From an uncultured Gammaproteobacteria bacterium (GTDB lineage Bacteria > Patescibacteriota > Patescibacteriia > UBA11705 > DATKZF01), in contig CAYPKD010000008.1 in the NCBI GenBank assembly GCA_964411255.1, forward strand, positions 1-59,172: a stretch of DNA of 59,172 bases. The letters run 5' to 3'. The first letter of the stretch is position 1. Each line of letters begins with the position of its first letter. The notes beneath the pieces were generated by a model, which had not been told where the DNA came from, made no database searches, and saw only the letters and a program-made list of their open reading frames with translations. Made by a program: the position numbers and the translations under genes. This document shows, one piece after another, positions 1 to 8,451 of the stretch.

Positions 1-389
1 TTAATAACAATTGAACTTAATAACGGATTATCTCCAATTTCCTCAAGTGTTTCCTGAATTTTTGGATTATCCTTATGTTTTTCCTTAAATTTTTCCAAAG
101 CCTCGTCTTTTGATACAAAAACCACCTCTCTGATTTCTGGCATTTCAGTTAATTTATTTTGCAAATTATTTATCTCTGCCTGGCTTACTTCTTCATTAAA
201 ATATACACTGACGTCAATTTTTTCCTGAACAGAACTTATAACCTCGTCTGTCATCGCATTCATAAAAATCAACACATTAACTGAAAGTAAAGCCAAAGTT
301 AAAATACTGACTGTTACTAATGACAGCCAAATATTTCTCCAAAAATCCTGAACTGCAAATTTTAATACCCTTGCTAAGGCGACGAACAT
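1..389 (-). CDS. ftsX: Cell-division ABC permease FtsX, N-terminal part (gene runs off the window start)
   Basis: Absent from the ORF track because it is open at the window edge. Minus-strand translation from the ATG at 389-387 reads MFVALARVLKFAVQDFWRNIWLSLVTVSILTLALLSVNVLIF..., which is the FtsX TM1 plus extracytoplasmic-domain pattern. It lies directly downstream of ftsE. Confidence 0.75.
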   Translation of the reverse strand, partial: MFVALARVLKFAVQDFWRNIWLSLVTVSILTLALLSVNVLIFMNAMTDEVISSVQEKIDVSVYFNEEVSQAEINNLQNKLTEMPEIREVVFVSKDEALEKFKEKHKDNPKIQETLEEIGDNPLLSSIVI

Positions 390-442
390 AATTTAATTTG
401 TAATAATATAATAATCGACTTTCAACTACCAACTGTCAACTA

Positions 443-1123
443 TTATAAAATATACCTTCCGTGTTTTTGATCACTGATTATTTTTCCTTTTTCCAAAGTG
501 ATTACACGTTTTTTTAATAAATTAACAACTTCTCTATTATGTGTTACCAGTAATACTGTTGAGCCAAGCTCATTAATTTTTACCAAAAGCTCAATAATTT
601 CTTTTGTATTAATCGAATCTAAATTTCCAGTCGGCTCATCTGCTAATAAAATTTTTGGCCGGTGAATAAGTGATCTGGCAATAGCCACCCGTTGCTGTTC
701 TCCTCCAGACAGCTGGCGAGGATATCTATCTAGTTTGTCTTCAAGTCCTACAATTTTTATTATCTGAGGCACAATTTTTTTAATCTTTTTATATGGTGCT
801 CCGCAAACTTCCAGAGCAAATGCAATATTTTCAAAAATTGTTTTTTTGGGTAATAATTTAAAATCCTGAAATATAACACCAATCTGCCTGCGCAGGATTG
901 GAACATCTCGATATTTAATTCTGGTAATATTCCAACCGCCAATAATCACTTCTCCTTTAGTAGGTTTTTCTTCAGCCGTTAAAATCTTAACCAAAGTGGT
1001 CTTTCCAGTACCGCTCTGCCCCACTATTGAAACAAACTCTCTTGGCTTAATATGCAAATTAACACCATTTAAAGCTTTGGTTTCAGGTGGATAATGTTTT
1101 GTTACGCCTTTAAATTTAATCAT
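443..1123 (-). CDS. ftsE: Cell-division ABC ATPase FtsE
   Basis: Walker A GQSGTGKTT, ABC signature LSGGEQQRVAIARS and Walker B ILLADEPTGNLD. Length 226 aa, followed by ftsX. Confidence 0.9.
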   Translation of the reverse strand: MIKFKGVTKHYPPETKALNGVNLHIKPREFVSIVGQSGTGKTTLVKILTAEEKPTKGEVIIGGWNITRIKYRDVPILRRQIGVIFQDFKLLPKKTIFENIAFALEVCGAPYKKIKKIVPQIIKIVGLEDKLDRYPRQLSGGEQQRVAIARSLIHRPKILLADEPTGNLDSINTKEIIELLVKINELGSTVLLVTHNREVVNLLKKRVITLEKGKIISDQKHGRYIL

Positions 1124-1126
1124 AAT

Positions 1127-1885
1127 CTACTGTGGTAATTTAACTAATTCTACTTTCACATTATACAATACGCCGTCTCGTAAATTTCCGATTTGGGAAA
1201 AAGCAACTTTGTCCAAATCAATAACTCTTTCTGGAAAAATTGATCTAACCGGGCCATAGTCATTAACTGTTATAGTAACTGATTTTTGATTATCTAAATT
1301 TGTCACTTTCAGCAGACTGCCTTTTGGATAATCAGGAGAAGCAGCGCAATTACAATTTTTATATGCATACCAGCTGGCATGGCCAAATGTCATTGCCCCA
1401 TTTCTTTCTAATACAACCAATCTGGCATATGGCAAATGAAAAGCTGCTTTTACAAATTCAGAATCAGTCTTATATATTGGTAATTCTTCCCAGCTTTCAC
1501 TCACACCATTATAGAAAAACATGGCCTTTGTACTACTGGTCTGCCGAAATGGCTTAATTTTAACCCAAACCGGCCTTTCGCTGTTAAAAGCCTCTTTATT
1601 TTTTAAATCAAACTCATATACATCGGTTAATGGTACAGTTCCTTCGGGAAAGTCAAAAATTTCCCTGCTAAAATGCTTAGTCACCACATAACTAGGTTTA
1701 GTTAAAACGTCAGGGGTTACGCCGACATAAAACATCTGGTCCTGGCTGGTAATGGTGTATCCTCTGCTCAAAGTAACTTCGTCAATAAACAATTGAGAAG
1801 TGATTGGCTGAAATATATTAGCCTGAACTGGAATTGCACAGCTTAATGCAAATACCATAAATAGAAAAAATATTTTTTTAATCAT
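1127..1885 (-). CDS. Secreted RlpA-like (double-psi beta-barrel) protein
   Basis: N-terminal signal/TM segment. The C-terminus HASWYAYKNCNCAASPDYPKGSLLKVTNLDNQKSVTITVNDYGP...RVIDLDKVAF matches the RlpA/DPBB pattern. Confidence 0.7.
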   Translation of the reverse strand: MIKKIFFLFMVFALSCAIPVQANIFQPITSQLFIDEVTLSRGYTITSQDQMFYVGVTPDVLTKPSYVVTKHFSREIFDFPEGTVPLTDVYEFDLKNKEAFNSERPVWVKIKPFRQTSSTKAMFFYNGVSESWEELPIYKTDSEFVKAAFHLPYARLVVLERNGAMTFGHASWYAYKNCNCAASPDYPKGSLLKVTNLDNQKSVTITVNDYGPVRSIFPERVIDLDKVAFSQIGNLRDGVLYNVKVELVKLPQ

Positions 1886-1887
1886 AA

Positions 1888-1916
1888 TTGATATAATTCT
1901 TATTGAATGATATTAT
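1888..1916 (+). promoter_or_regulatory. Sigma70-type promoter for tRNA-Thr
   Basis: TTGATA (1888-1893), a 17-nt spacer, then TATTAT (1911-1916), about 24 nt upstream of the tRNA. Confidence 0.55.
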
Positions 1917-1939
1917 ATTTAATAATTCAATAATTAATG

Positions 1940-2014
1940 CCAAGATAGCTCAGCTGGCAGAGCAATGCTTTCGTAAAGCAGAGGTCGCGGGTTCGACTCC
2001 CGCTCTTGGCTCCA
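1940..2014 (+). tRNA. tRNA-Thr (anticodon CGU)
   Basis: Cloverleaf folded by hand: acceptor GCCAAGA/TCTTGGC, T-arm GCGGG-TTCGACT-CCCGC, anticodon loop TTCGTAA, encoded CCA. Confidence 0.9.
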
Positions 2015-2060
2015 GCCTTCGTTCTGATAAATCAGAACTACGGCTGGCAAGCTATTAATT

Positions 2061-2081
2061 GCAAGCGCTGCTTGCTTTTTT
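2061..2081 (+). terminator. Hairpin plus T-run after tRNA-Thr
   Basis: GCAAGC-GCT-GCTTGC followed by TTTTTT. It overlaps the stop codon of the convergent PPIase gene. Confidence 0.5.
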
Positions 2082-3036
2082 AAAATTCAATATATCTTCT
2101 TACCTTACTCTCAGCTATTATGTTTTGCAGATATTCCTCAAAATTTTCAAACATAATGTAAATATTAAAAAGCCATACTTCTGGATTTTCACCATCTTTT
2201 TTATCTTCAATTCTGATTATATGATAACCTTGTTCTGTTTTGATTAATTCGCTAACATCACCTTTTTCTAAAGAAAAGGCCACATTTGCTATCTCCTCGG
2301 GCATAGCATCTCTACTCATCCACCCAAGATCACCGCCTAATTCAGCTAATTGAGTATCATGACTATGTTCCTTTGCAATATCCTGAAAAGATTGTTCTCC
2401 TTTTTGAACCAATTTTAATACATCTTTAGCGGTCTTTTCAGCTTCTGACTGGACATCTTCATCGCTTAAGAAAGCTTCTCTCACCTTTTCCTGATATACA
2501 GAGGTTAACACTATTTTATTGAAAAAAGTATCAAAATCCCATCCATACAATTCCTGAATTTTTTGTTCCAGCTCTTCTTTGGAAGAACCTGATTCTTCAA
2601 CTATTTTATTTTTTTCAATTTCAAGCTCTTCATCAGTTAGTTTAATTTTAAATTTTTTTGCCAGTTGTTTAATAATCTTTTCATGAATCAGCTTATCCAT
2701 AACATCACTGTTAATTTGCTTATCAAGATCTTCAGTAATCTGTCCTTGCTGGCTTATCACCAAATTTTTTATTAACTCAACCTCTTCATTATATTGAGAT
2801 AACGTAATAACATCTCCATTTACTGTTGCTGCCGGATATGGAATTAATTGGGTTACCTTTTTCAAATAAACATTGTCTGTGCCATACTTATAGGCTAACA
2901 TGCCAGAAGCTAAAAACAGGCAAACAACAAAAACCACGGCGAGTATAACATACATTACCGGATGGCTAAGACTTTTCTTTTTGTGATTTTTCTTTTTATC
3001 AATAGAAGATTCTCTTCTTACTACATCATTTTCCAT
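2080..3036 (-). CDS. Membrane-anchored parvulin-type peptidyl-prolyl isomerase (PrsA/SurA-like)
   Basis: N-terminal TM segment. C-terminal PpiC motif GGDLGWMSRDAMPEEIANVAFSLEKGDVSELIKTEQGYHIIRIED. Confidence 0.8.
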   Translation of the reverse strand: MENDVVRRESSIDKKKNHKKKSLSHPVMYVILAVVFVVCLFLASGMLAYKYGTDNVYLKKVTQLIPYPAATVNGDVITLSQYNEEVELIKNLVISQQGQITEDLDKQINSDVMDKLIHEKIIKQLAKKFKIKLTDEELEIEKNKIVEESGSSKEELEQKIQELYGWDFDTFFNKIVLTSVYQEKVREAFLSDEDVQSEAEKTAKDVLKLVQKGEQSFQDIAKEHSHDTQLAELGGDLGWMSRDAMPEEIANVAFSLEKGDVSELIKTEQGYHIIRIEDKKDGENPEVWLFNIYIMFENFEEYLQNIIAESKVRRYIEF

Positions 3037-3039
3037 AAA

Positions 3040-3459
3040 TTATATTTTCCTTTCTCCAAAAAAATAATTCCACCAAAGCCTGATATTATTTGTAGTGCTG
3101 AATTTTTCAGACTGCTCTCCGGCTAACTCATTGGCTGAATTAATATTTGGATCTAAATTATTATTTTCAGTTTTTATAACCACTACTTTCTCTCCCTTTT
3201 TTTTATAATTAAAATTTACTCTGGCTTCCTGTTCTATATAACTTTCTGAATTATAATTATCAATTAATTTTATAAACTCATCCTGATCCACTTTTAGATT
3301 ATCTATTTCCTGCTGCAAATCTGATATCTCTTTATCTAACTGCCGCTTTTTTACAAATTCCTTACTGGCCGCTACTGAAAAAATTATTATTAAAACTATT
3401 CCAAAAGCAATTAATACCTTTGAATTTATCTTTTGCAAAAAATTATTTTTTTCTGCCAT
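3040..3459 (-). CDS. Septum-formation initiator (FtsB/DivIC-like)
   Basis: Single N-terminal TM followed by the coiled-coil QLDKEISDLQQEIDNLKVDQDEF and then ...IEQEARVNFNYKKKGEKVVVI. Confidence 0.65.
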   Translation of the reverse strand: MAEKNNFLQKINSKVLIAFGIVLIIIFSVAASKEFVKKRQLDKEISDLQQEIDNLKVDQDEFIKLIDNYNSESYIEQEARVNFNYKKKGEKVVVIKTENNNLDPNINSANELAGEQSEKFSTTNNIRLWWNYFFGERKI

Positions 3460-3490
3460 ATAATAATTATAGCAAATTCAATTATTAGCT

Positions 3491-4210
3491 TCAAATCGAT
3501 TGTTCTTTCCAATAGTCTTCTAAAATCTTATCGTTGACTTTTTTGCCATTTTCTTTTATAACAAGTTTGTCCTTATTATTTTTATTTAAACTTTGTTTTA
3601 ACGCAAAATATATTTTTTCCTGTTCATCTGTGCTTAAAGTCTTAATTTTTTTCAATAAATTCAACACCTCCTGCGCGGTTTCCAAATCCTCTTTTCCCTC
3701 CTCTATTTCCGTTTTTGGCTTGTATTTCCTCACCAATTCACTAAGTAATTTATGAATATCTTCTGGATCTTTTATATTATACAAAACTAAAGGCCGTTCA
3801 CTGCCCATTAACTTAATCCGGATATTGCCATATTTATACAAAGTTTGCCACAAGCCCTTTGAATTAAACGACATGTCCCTGACTTTTTCAAAAGGTATTT
3901 CAGACACTTTTTTATTAAAAAATCCCTGCTGATCATAATCAATAATTCTTTGGCTGGAAATTACAAAATAATTCTTTTTCCAAAAAAAGACGATCTTAAA
4001 AATATATAAAATACTGATCAATAAAATCAATAAGAACACCCACACGCCCCAGGTACCTCTGTTAAACAAAAAGAATAATAAGAAAAAATCAATTATAATA
4101 ATTAATACACTTATTATCAAGTGCGGCAAAAACATTAAAAAATAATGTCTCACTTCCAAAACCAATTCCTCATCATCTTTTAATTGAATTGGGGTATTAA
4201 ATTTTGGCAT
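3491..4210 (-). CDS. Membrane protein with PH-like (bPH/DUF304-type) domain, tentative
   Basis: Start trimmed to MPKFNTPIQL (4210) to avoid overlapping the ATPase gene. Two TM helices, then a ...ISSQRIIDYDQ...IRIKL... segment, then a Lys/Glu-rich tail. Confidence 0.5.
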   Translation of the reverse strand: MPKFNTPIQLKDDEELVLEVRHYFLMFLPHLIISVLIIIIDFFLLFFLFNRGTWGVWVFLLILLISILYIFKIVFFWKKNYFVISSQRIIDYDQQGFFNKKVSEIPFEKVRDMSFNSKGLWQTLYKYGNIRIKLMGSERPLVLYNIKDPEDIHKLLSELVRKYKPKTEIEEGKEDLETAQEVLNLLKKIKTLSTDEQEKIYFALKQSLNKNNKDKLVIKENGKKVNDKILEDYWKEQSI

Positions 4211-4244
4211 AGTACTTATATAATTACAATTATTTAATTGATAT

Positions 4245-6905
4245 TTATTTATACAATTCTTTATACTTCCTGCCAACAAAAATGTATTTTACTATTTCAA
4301 TTGATATAATTGCTACAATTCCCAAACCAAATAATAAAATCCAGTCTAGGCCGTTAAGAGGGGTAAATTTAAATAACTTTTGTGTGATTGGAATATAAAT
4401 TGGTAAAATATTCATTAACATGCCAAAACCCACAGCAACTAATAACCATTTATTTGACCAAAATTTAATTTTAAATATTGAAAGGCGCAAACTGCGACAA
4501 CTAAATATGTAAAACAATGAATCAATACCTAAAGCAGCAAACATAAAAGTTCTTATATGATTAATTTCAATCGATTGCCATTTATATAACCATACAAATA
4601 ATACAAATAAGATTAAGTCAGTTAAAATTCCAATGATAAAAATTATAGTGATCATTTCCTTATCTAAAATCCTTGACGTCTTAGGCTGCGGCTTTTGTTT
4701 CATAATATCAGGATCTGCCTTTTCCAATGTCAAAGAAGCAGCTGGCAAACTGTCAGTAATTAAATTCACCCATAAAATCTGTGCTGCTGTCAAAGGTAAT
4801 GGTAGTCCCAATAATAAACTTCCTAAAATCAATATTATTTCTGTAAATGAATCAGATAATAAATATACAACTACCTTTTTGATATTAGAAAATATCACTC
4901 TACCTTCTCGGATTGCATCAACTATCACTGATAGTCTGTTGTTTAATAATATTAAATCAGCAGTTTGTTTGGTTATTTCTGAACCAGCACCAACAGCAAT
5001 ACCCACATCTGCTGTTTTTAATGCTGGCGCATCATTCACTCCATCTCCGGTCATTGCCACCACCTGGTCATCTTCCTGGAAAGCATTAACAATTTTTAAT
5101 TTATCCTTTGGGCTGACTCTGGCAAAAACATTGATTTTTTTTATCACTTTTTTCAAATCTGCCTCATGCATCTTTGCCAAACTTTCACCGTCAATTATAG
5201 TCTGGTCTGAAATTTTTAATCCCATGTCAGCAGCTATTGATTTGGCTGTAAGCACATGATCTCCAGTAATCATCACTATTCTAATGCCTGCTTTTCTAAT
5301 ATCTTTAACAATCTTTTTAATGTCTTTTCGTAAAGGATCACGAATTATGAAAAATCCTAAAAAAATAAAATTCTTTGACTTGCTTATCTCTTTATCTTCT
5401 GAATCTTGATATTTATAGGCTGCAGCTAAAATTCGATAACCTTTGCTGCTATATTTTAAAAATTTTTGTTTTAAATCATCTTTTATCTCCTTTGTTAAAG
5501 GCAATGGTGTATGATTGCCATTTTGATAATATCTGCATAATTCTAAAACATTTTCAGGCGCTCCTTTGCAGTAAACTGCATTTTTATCTTCATCAAATTT
5601 ATTTAATGTAAACATCATCCGAAACCTAGAGGCAAATGGAATTTCAGCTAATCTAGGAAATTTTTCCTGCCATGAGATAACATCAATATTTTGCTCAATA
5701 GCTGAATATAAAATAGCTTTCTCAGTTGGTGAACCAATAATCTTTAATTTTTTTTGATCTTCCTCTGGATTAATAATAGTTGAATTATTGCACAATATGC
5801 CAGCCATTAGTAATTTTTTTTCTATTTGATTCAAATCGTGTTTTTTCAAACTATTTTCCCTATGCAAAGTGCTTAATTTTTCAACCTTCATTATGCCAGT
5901 TGTAATAGTCCCTGTCTTATCAACGCATAACACTGAAGTACTGCCTAAAGTCTCTGCCGCAACCAATTTTCGAACCAAAGATTTCTTTTTCAAAATCCGC
6001 TGCATTCCCACTGCCAAAATCACCGTCACTGCTACTGGCAGGCCTTCAGGAATTGCAGACACTGCACTGGCCACTGAAACTGTAAAAATTTCATTAAAAC
6101 TTCTACCAAGTAATAGTCCAACAATAAAAATTAGAAAAGCAAGTATTACTAAAACAATTCCTATTTTTTTTCCAAAACTTTGAAGCTGCATCTGAAAAGG
6201 CGTTTGTTCTTCTTCAGTTTCCTGCAGAATATCAGCAATATTACCAACCTCAGTGGACATTCCTGTATTTACAACTAAGGCCAATGCTGTACCCTGGCTT
6301 ATTAAAGTACCCATAAAGACCATGTTTTTCTGCTCAGCAGTGATTAAATCCTTTTTATGAATGGCATTAATATGCTTTGAAACAGGCTCAGACTCTCCGG
6401 TTAAAATCGCCTCTTGTGCCTGAAGCTGGTGGGATTCAATTAAACGGCAATCTGCTGGCACCTGATTGCCTGCTTCTAAATAAACAATATCACCTGGGAC
6501 AAGCTCTTCCATCGGAATTTCCACCTTATTCCCATCCCGAAAAACAATAGTTTTTAATTTTAAAAATCTTTTTAATTCAAAAAGAGCCTTTTGCGCTTTA
6601 CTTTCCTGAAAATATCCTAAAAACACATTAAGCAATACTGCAGCAAGTATTATGCCAAAATCCACCCATTCTTGTAAAAAACCTGAGATTATAGCGGCTA
6701 TTAGCAAAATATATATCAAAACTGACTTAAACTGAAATATAAATAATTTAAGCTCAGATAATGGTTTTTCTTCCACTAACTCATTTAATCCGCACTTATC
6801 AATCCTTTTTGAAGCTTCCTTATTTGAAAGCCCGCTTTTATTCGTTTTTAACTTTTTAAAAGCTTCTTGCACTGAAAGGCTGAACCAATTTATTTTTTTT
6901 GGCAT
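4245..6905 (-). CDS. Cation-transporting P-type ATPase (type II, Ca2+/Mg2+-like)
   Basis: Phosphorylation motif CVDKTGTIT, TGES, hinge MTGDGVNDAPALKTADVGIAV, about 10 TM segments. ATG at 6905 preferred over the TTG at 6917. Confidence 0.9.
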   Translation of the reverse strand: MPKKINWFSLSVQEAFKKLKTNKSGLSNKEASKRIDKCGLNELVEEKPLSELKLFIFQFKSVLIYILLIAAIISGFLQEWVDFGIILAAVLLNVFLGYFQESKAQKALFELKRFLKLKTIVFRDGNKVEIPMEELVPGDIVYLEAGNQVPADCRLIESHQLQAQEAILTGESEPVSKHINAIHKKDLITAEQKNMVFMGTLISQGTALALVVNTGMSTEVGNIADILQETEEEQTPFQMQLQSFGKKIGIVLVILAFLIFIVGLLLGRSFNEIFTVSVASAVSAIPEGLPVAVTVILAVGMQRILKKKSLVRKLVAAETLGSTSVLCVDKTGTITTGIMKVEKLSTLHRENSLKKHDLNQIEKKLLMAGILCNNSTIINPEEDQKKLKIIGSPTEKAILYSAIEQNIDVISWQEKFPRLAEIPFASRFRMMFTLNKFDEDKNAVYCKGAPENVLELCRYYQNGNHTPLPLTKEIKDDLKQKFLKYSSKGYRILAAAYKYQDSEDKEISKSKNFIFLGFFIIRDPLRKDIKKIVKDIRKAGIRIVMITGDHVLTAKSIAADMGLKISDQTIIDGESLAKMHEADLKKVIKKINVFARVSPKDKLKIVNAFQEDDQVVAMTGDGVNDAPALKTADVGIAVGAGSEITKQTADLILLNNRLSVIVDAIREGRVIFSNIKKVVVYLLSDSFTEIILILGSLLLGLPLPLTAAQILWVNLITDSLPAASLTLEKADPDIMKQKPQPKTSRILDKEMITIIFIIGILTDLILFVLFVWLYKWQSIEINHIRTFMFAALGIDSLFYIFSCRSLRLSIFKIKFWSNKWLLVAVGFGMLMNILPIYIPITQKLFKFTPLNGLDWILLFGLGIVAIISIEIVKYIFVGRKYKELYK

Positions 6906-6923
6906 AAATAAACACAAAAATTA

Positions 6924-7021
6924 ATCGCTAATTACCAATTACCAATTACAGATTACTACATATATTTTACCATATTTCCTCTATTCCTGCATCCTACATC
7001 CTGAATCCTGGATCATGAATC
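6924..7021. repeat. Two tracts of degenerate tandem heptamers flanking a putative extended -10
   Basis: 6924-6958: ATCGCTA ATTACCA ATTACCA ATTACAG ATTACTA. 6980-7021: TCTATTC CTGCATC CTACATC CTGAATC CTGGATC ATGAATC. Between them the minus strand reads TGGTAAAAT. Confidence 0.7.
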
Positions 7022-7091
7022 AAAAAGAGAAGACCTAGTCTTGGTATTTGGTCTGACAAATTTTAGTTTGTTTCCGAAGTCATTTAGAAAT

Positions 7092-7126
7092 AAAAAACTG
7101 CCCAAAGTATGCATTAAGCAGTTTTT
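7092..7126 (-). terminator. Rho-independent terminator after 7140..7460
   Basis: Stem AAAACTGC/GCAGTTTT with a 16-nt loop and flanking A/T runs. Confidence 0.55.
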
Positions 7127-7139
7127 AGTATTTAATCTC

Positions 7140-7460
7140 CTATGCAACAGCCTCGTCTTGCTCAACCTCAGATTCTTCAGGGTCATCCTCAGCCGGTTCT
7201 TCAACTTGCTCTTCCTCCTCAGCCTGAAGATCAGCACCTTCTCGGATAAAGGTAAACCAAGTTAATCTTGATCTTTTTTCAAAATCAACTGTCCATCCCA
7301 ATTTTTGATATTCATCAGAAATTCTATCAGCCATTTCTGAAGTTAAAGCGACAATGCCAAACCGCACAATATCTTTACCAGCAAACATCTCAATTCTGCG
7401 GTCAATTATAGTTTTATAATAACCTTCAAATACATCCTCCATTCTACCTGGTATTGGCAT
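7140..7460 (-). CDS. Hypothetical protein with acidic C-terminal tail
   Basis: 106-aa ORF. Strong SD GGGAGGGG 8 nt upstream of the ATG. Tail EEEEQVEEPAEDDPEESEVEQDE. Confidence 0.6.
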   Translation of the reverse strand: MPIPGRMEDVFEGYYKTIIDRRIEMFAGKDIVRFGIVALTSEMADRISDEYQKLGWTVDFEKRSRLTWFTFIREGADLQAEEEEQVEEPAEDDPEESEVEQDEAVA

Positions 7461-7571
7461 TATTCCGACCCCTCCCTTCTCCTAGTAGCATTACTAGGAT
7501 ATTTATATTTTTAGCATATTTATCTTATGAATAAATAAATATTTTGTCAAATAAAATTTTTTAATAAAATA

Positions 7572-7600
7572 TTGACATTTCAATTATAATACTGTATAAT
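7572..7600 (+). promoter_or_regulatory. Consensus sigma70 promoter for tRNA-Lys
   Basis: TTGACA (7572-7577), a 17-nt spacer, then TATAAT (7595-7600). Confidence 0.7.
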
Positions 7601-7673
7601 AGATATCGAGTTTATTTTTAGGAAATATGAAATGAAAAATCAGGTACGCGATGTAAAAATTAGAAATTTATCA

Positions 7674-7751
7674 GGGGTCCTTAGCTCAGTCGGTTAGAGC
7701 GCCAGCCTTTTAAGCTGGGCGTCCTGGGTTCGAATCCCAGAGGACCCACCA
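7674..7751 (+). tRNA. tRNA-Lys (anticodon UUU)
   Basis: Acceptor GGGGTCC/AGGACCC, anticodon stem CCAGC/GCTGG with loop CTTTTAA, T-arm CTGGG-TTCGAAT-CCCAG, encoded CCA. Confidence 0.9.
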
Positions 7752-7831
7752 TCCTTCGCGATAGCGAAGAAGGGCTCGAATTAAGCGAAAGAAGTGTTGA
7801 TTTCATTCGCTTCGGATGGCACAGCCATTAA

Positions 7832-7859
7832 AACAGCCTAACTAGGGCTTGTTTTTTTA
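7832..7859 (+). terminator. Terminator of the tRNA-Lys transcript
   Basis: Imperfect stem AACAGCC/GGCT(T)GTT followed by seven T. Confidence 0.45.
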
Positions 7860-7860
7860 T

Positions 7861-7890
7861 TTTAAAAAACCGCTAATTATGCTTAGCGGT
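7861..7890 (-). terminator. Terminator after 7890..8294
   Basis: Stem ACCGCTAA/TTAGCGGT (8 bp, 6-nt loop) followed by a T-run on the minus strand. Confidence 0.6.
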
Positions 7891-8294
7891 CATTGTTCTT
7901 GAAAAGGCGCCAAAATCTTGGTCTTCCATTCAAAAGTCATTGGATTATCTGGAAAAACAGCTACTTCATCAAAATATGGATTATTTCTAAATACTAAAAT
8001 GCTTTTCCACACAGATATACCAATCGTACCATTACTGGATTTTGTATCTGCCACGTGTTTTTTTGAAATGATAACAATGCAGCATTTTGAATGAGTAAGA
8101 AAAGCCCAGCCTTCAATTACTCTCATTTGTGATTTTATTCTAACCTTTACTGGCAATACATTTATTCTTTTTATACCTTCGTTTTTAAGTATATTAACAG
8201 CATTCATTTTTATCAAATGATCTCTGGATTCATCCCATCCGATAACAACCGGTTCTTTTTCAATCATTACTTCTCTATCCAATGCAGGTACCAT
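7890..8294 (-). CDS. Hypothetical protein
   Basis: 134-aa ORF with SD AAGGGAGGGG just upstream of the ATG. No motif recognised. Confidence 0.6.
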   Translation of the reverse strand: MVPALDREVMIEKEPVVIGWDESRDHLIKMNAVNILKNEGIKRINVLPVKVRIKSQMRVIEGWAFLTHSKCCIVIISKKHVADTKSSNGTIGISVWKSILVFRNNPYFDEVAVFPDNPMTFEWKTKILAPFQEQ

Positions 8295-8341
8295 TTCCCC
8301 TCCCTTTCAAAGGACAAAAAAAATATCATGAGATTACTTAA

Positions 8342-8436
8342 GGAACCTCTGAAAAATAAAATTTCGTTACGAAATTTTCAAATTTTAAAGCTAAAATTTA
8401 AGAATTGCAGTAGAAAATATGTTTTTCAGAGGGTCC
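8342..8436. other. Three-hairpin inverted-repeat element between murG and 7890..8294
   Basis: The outer arms GGAACCTCTGAAAAA (8342-8356) and TTTTTCAGAGGGTCC (8422-8436) pair at 14 of 15 positions. They enclose two perfect AT-rich hairpins: AAAATTTCG-TTA-CGAAATTTT and AAATTTTA-AAGC-TAAAATTT. Confidence 0.6.
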
Positions 8437-8451
8437 CTAATAGTCAAATAA

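Noticed and set aside
4633-5259. A 208-aa plus-strand ORF inside the P-type ATPase gene. Many similar antisense or out-of-frame ORFs occur in the track, for example 760..942, 1300..1557, 5869..6183, 8882..9145, 12310..12588, 14690..15037, 17659..18081, 22577..22888, 27990..28307, 34196..34408, 36249..36695, 40099..40497, 41155..41391, 43573..43870, 45225..45449, 53756..54019, 55352..55585 and 57247..57483.
   Set aside because: Each lies wholly within a longer ORF on the other strand or frame that has clear family motifs. They have low-complexity or hydrophobic composition typical of shadow ORFs, and no SD or promoter.
6924-7021. A CRISPR array or other spacer-repeat structure among the short tandem repeats.
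   Set aside because: The units are 7-8 nt and contiguous with no unique spacers, and no cas genes are present.
7013-7265. Two overlapping 74-aa ORFs on opposite strands in the ATPase upstream region and the 3' end of 7140..7460.
   Set aside because: They cover heptamer-repeat and terminator sequence and partly overlap a better-supported gene. Their Arg/Leu/Lys-rich composition is an AT-rich artefact.
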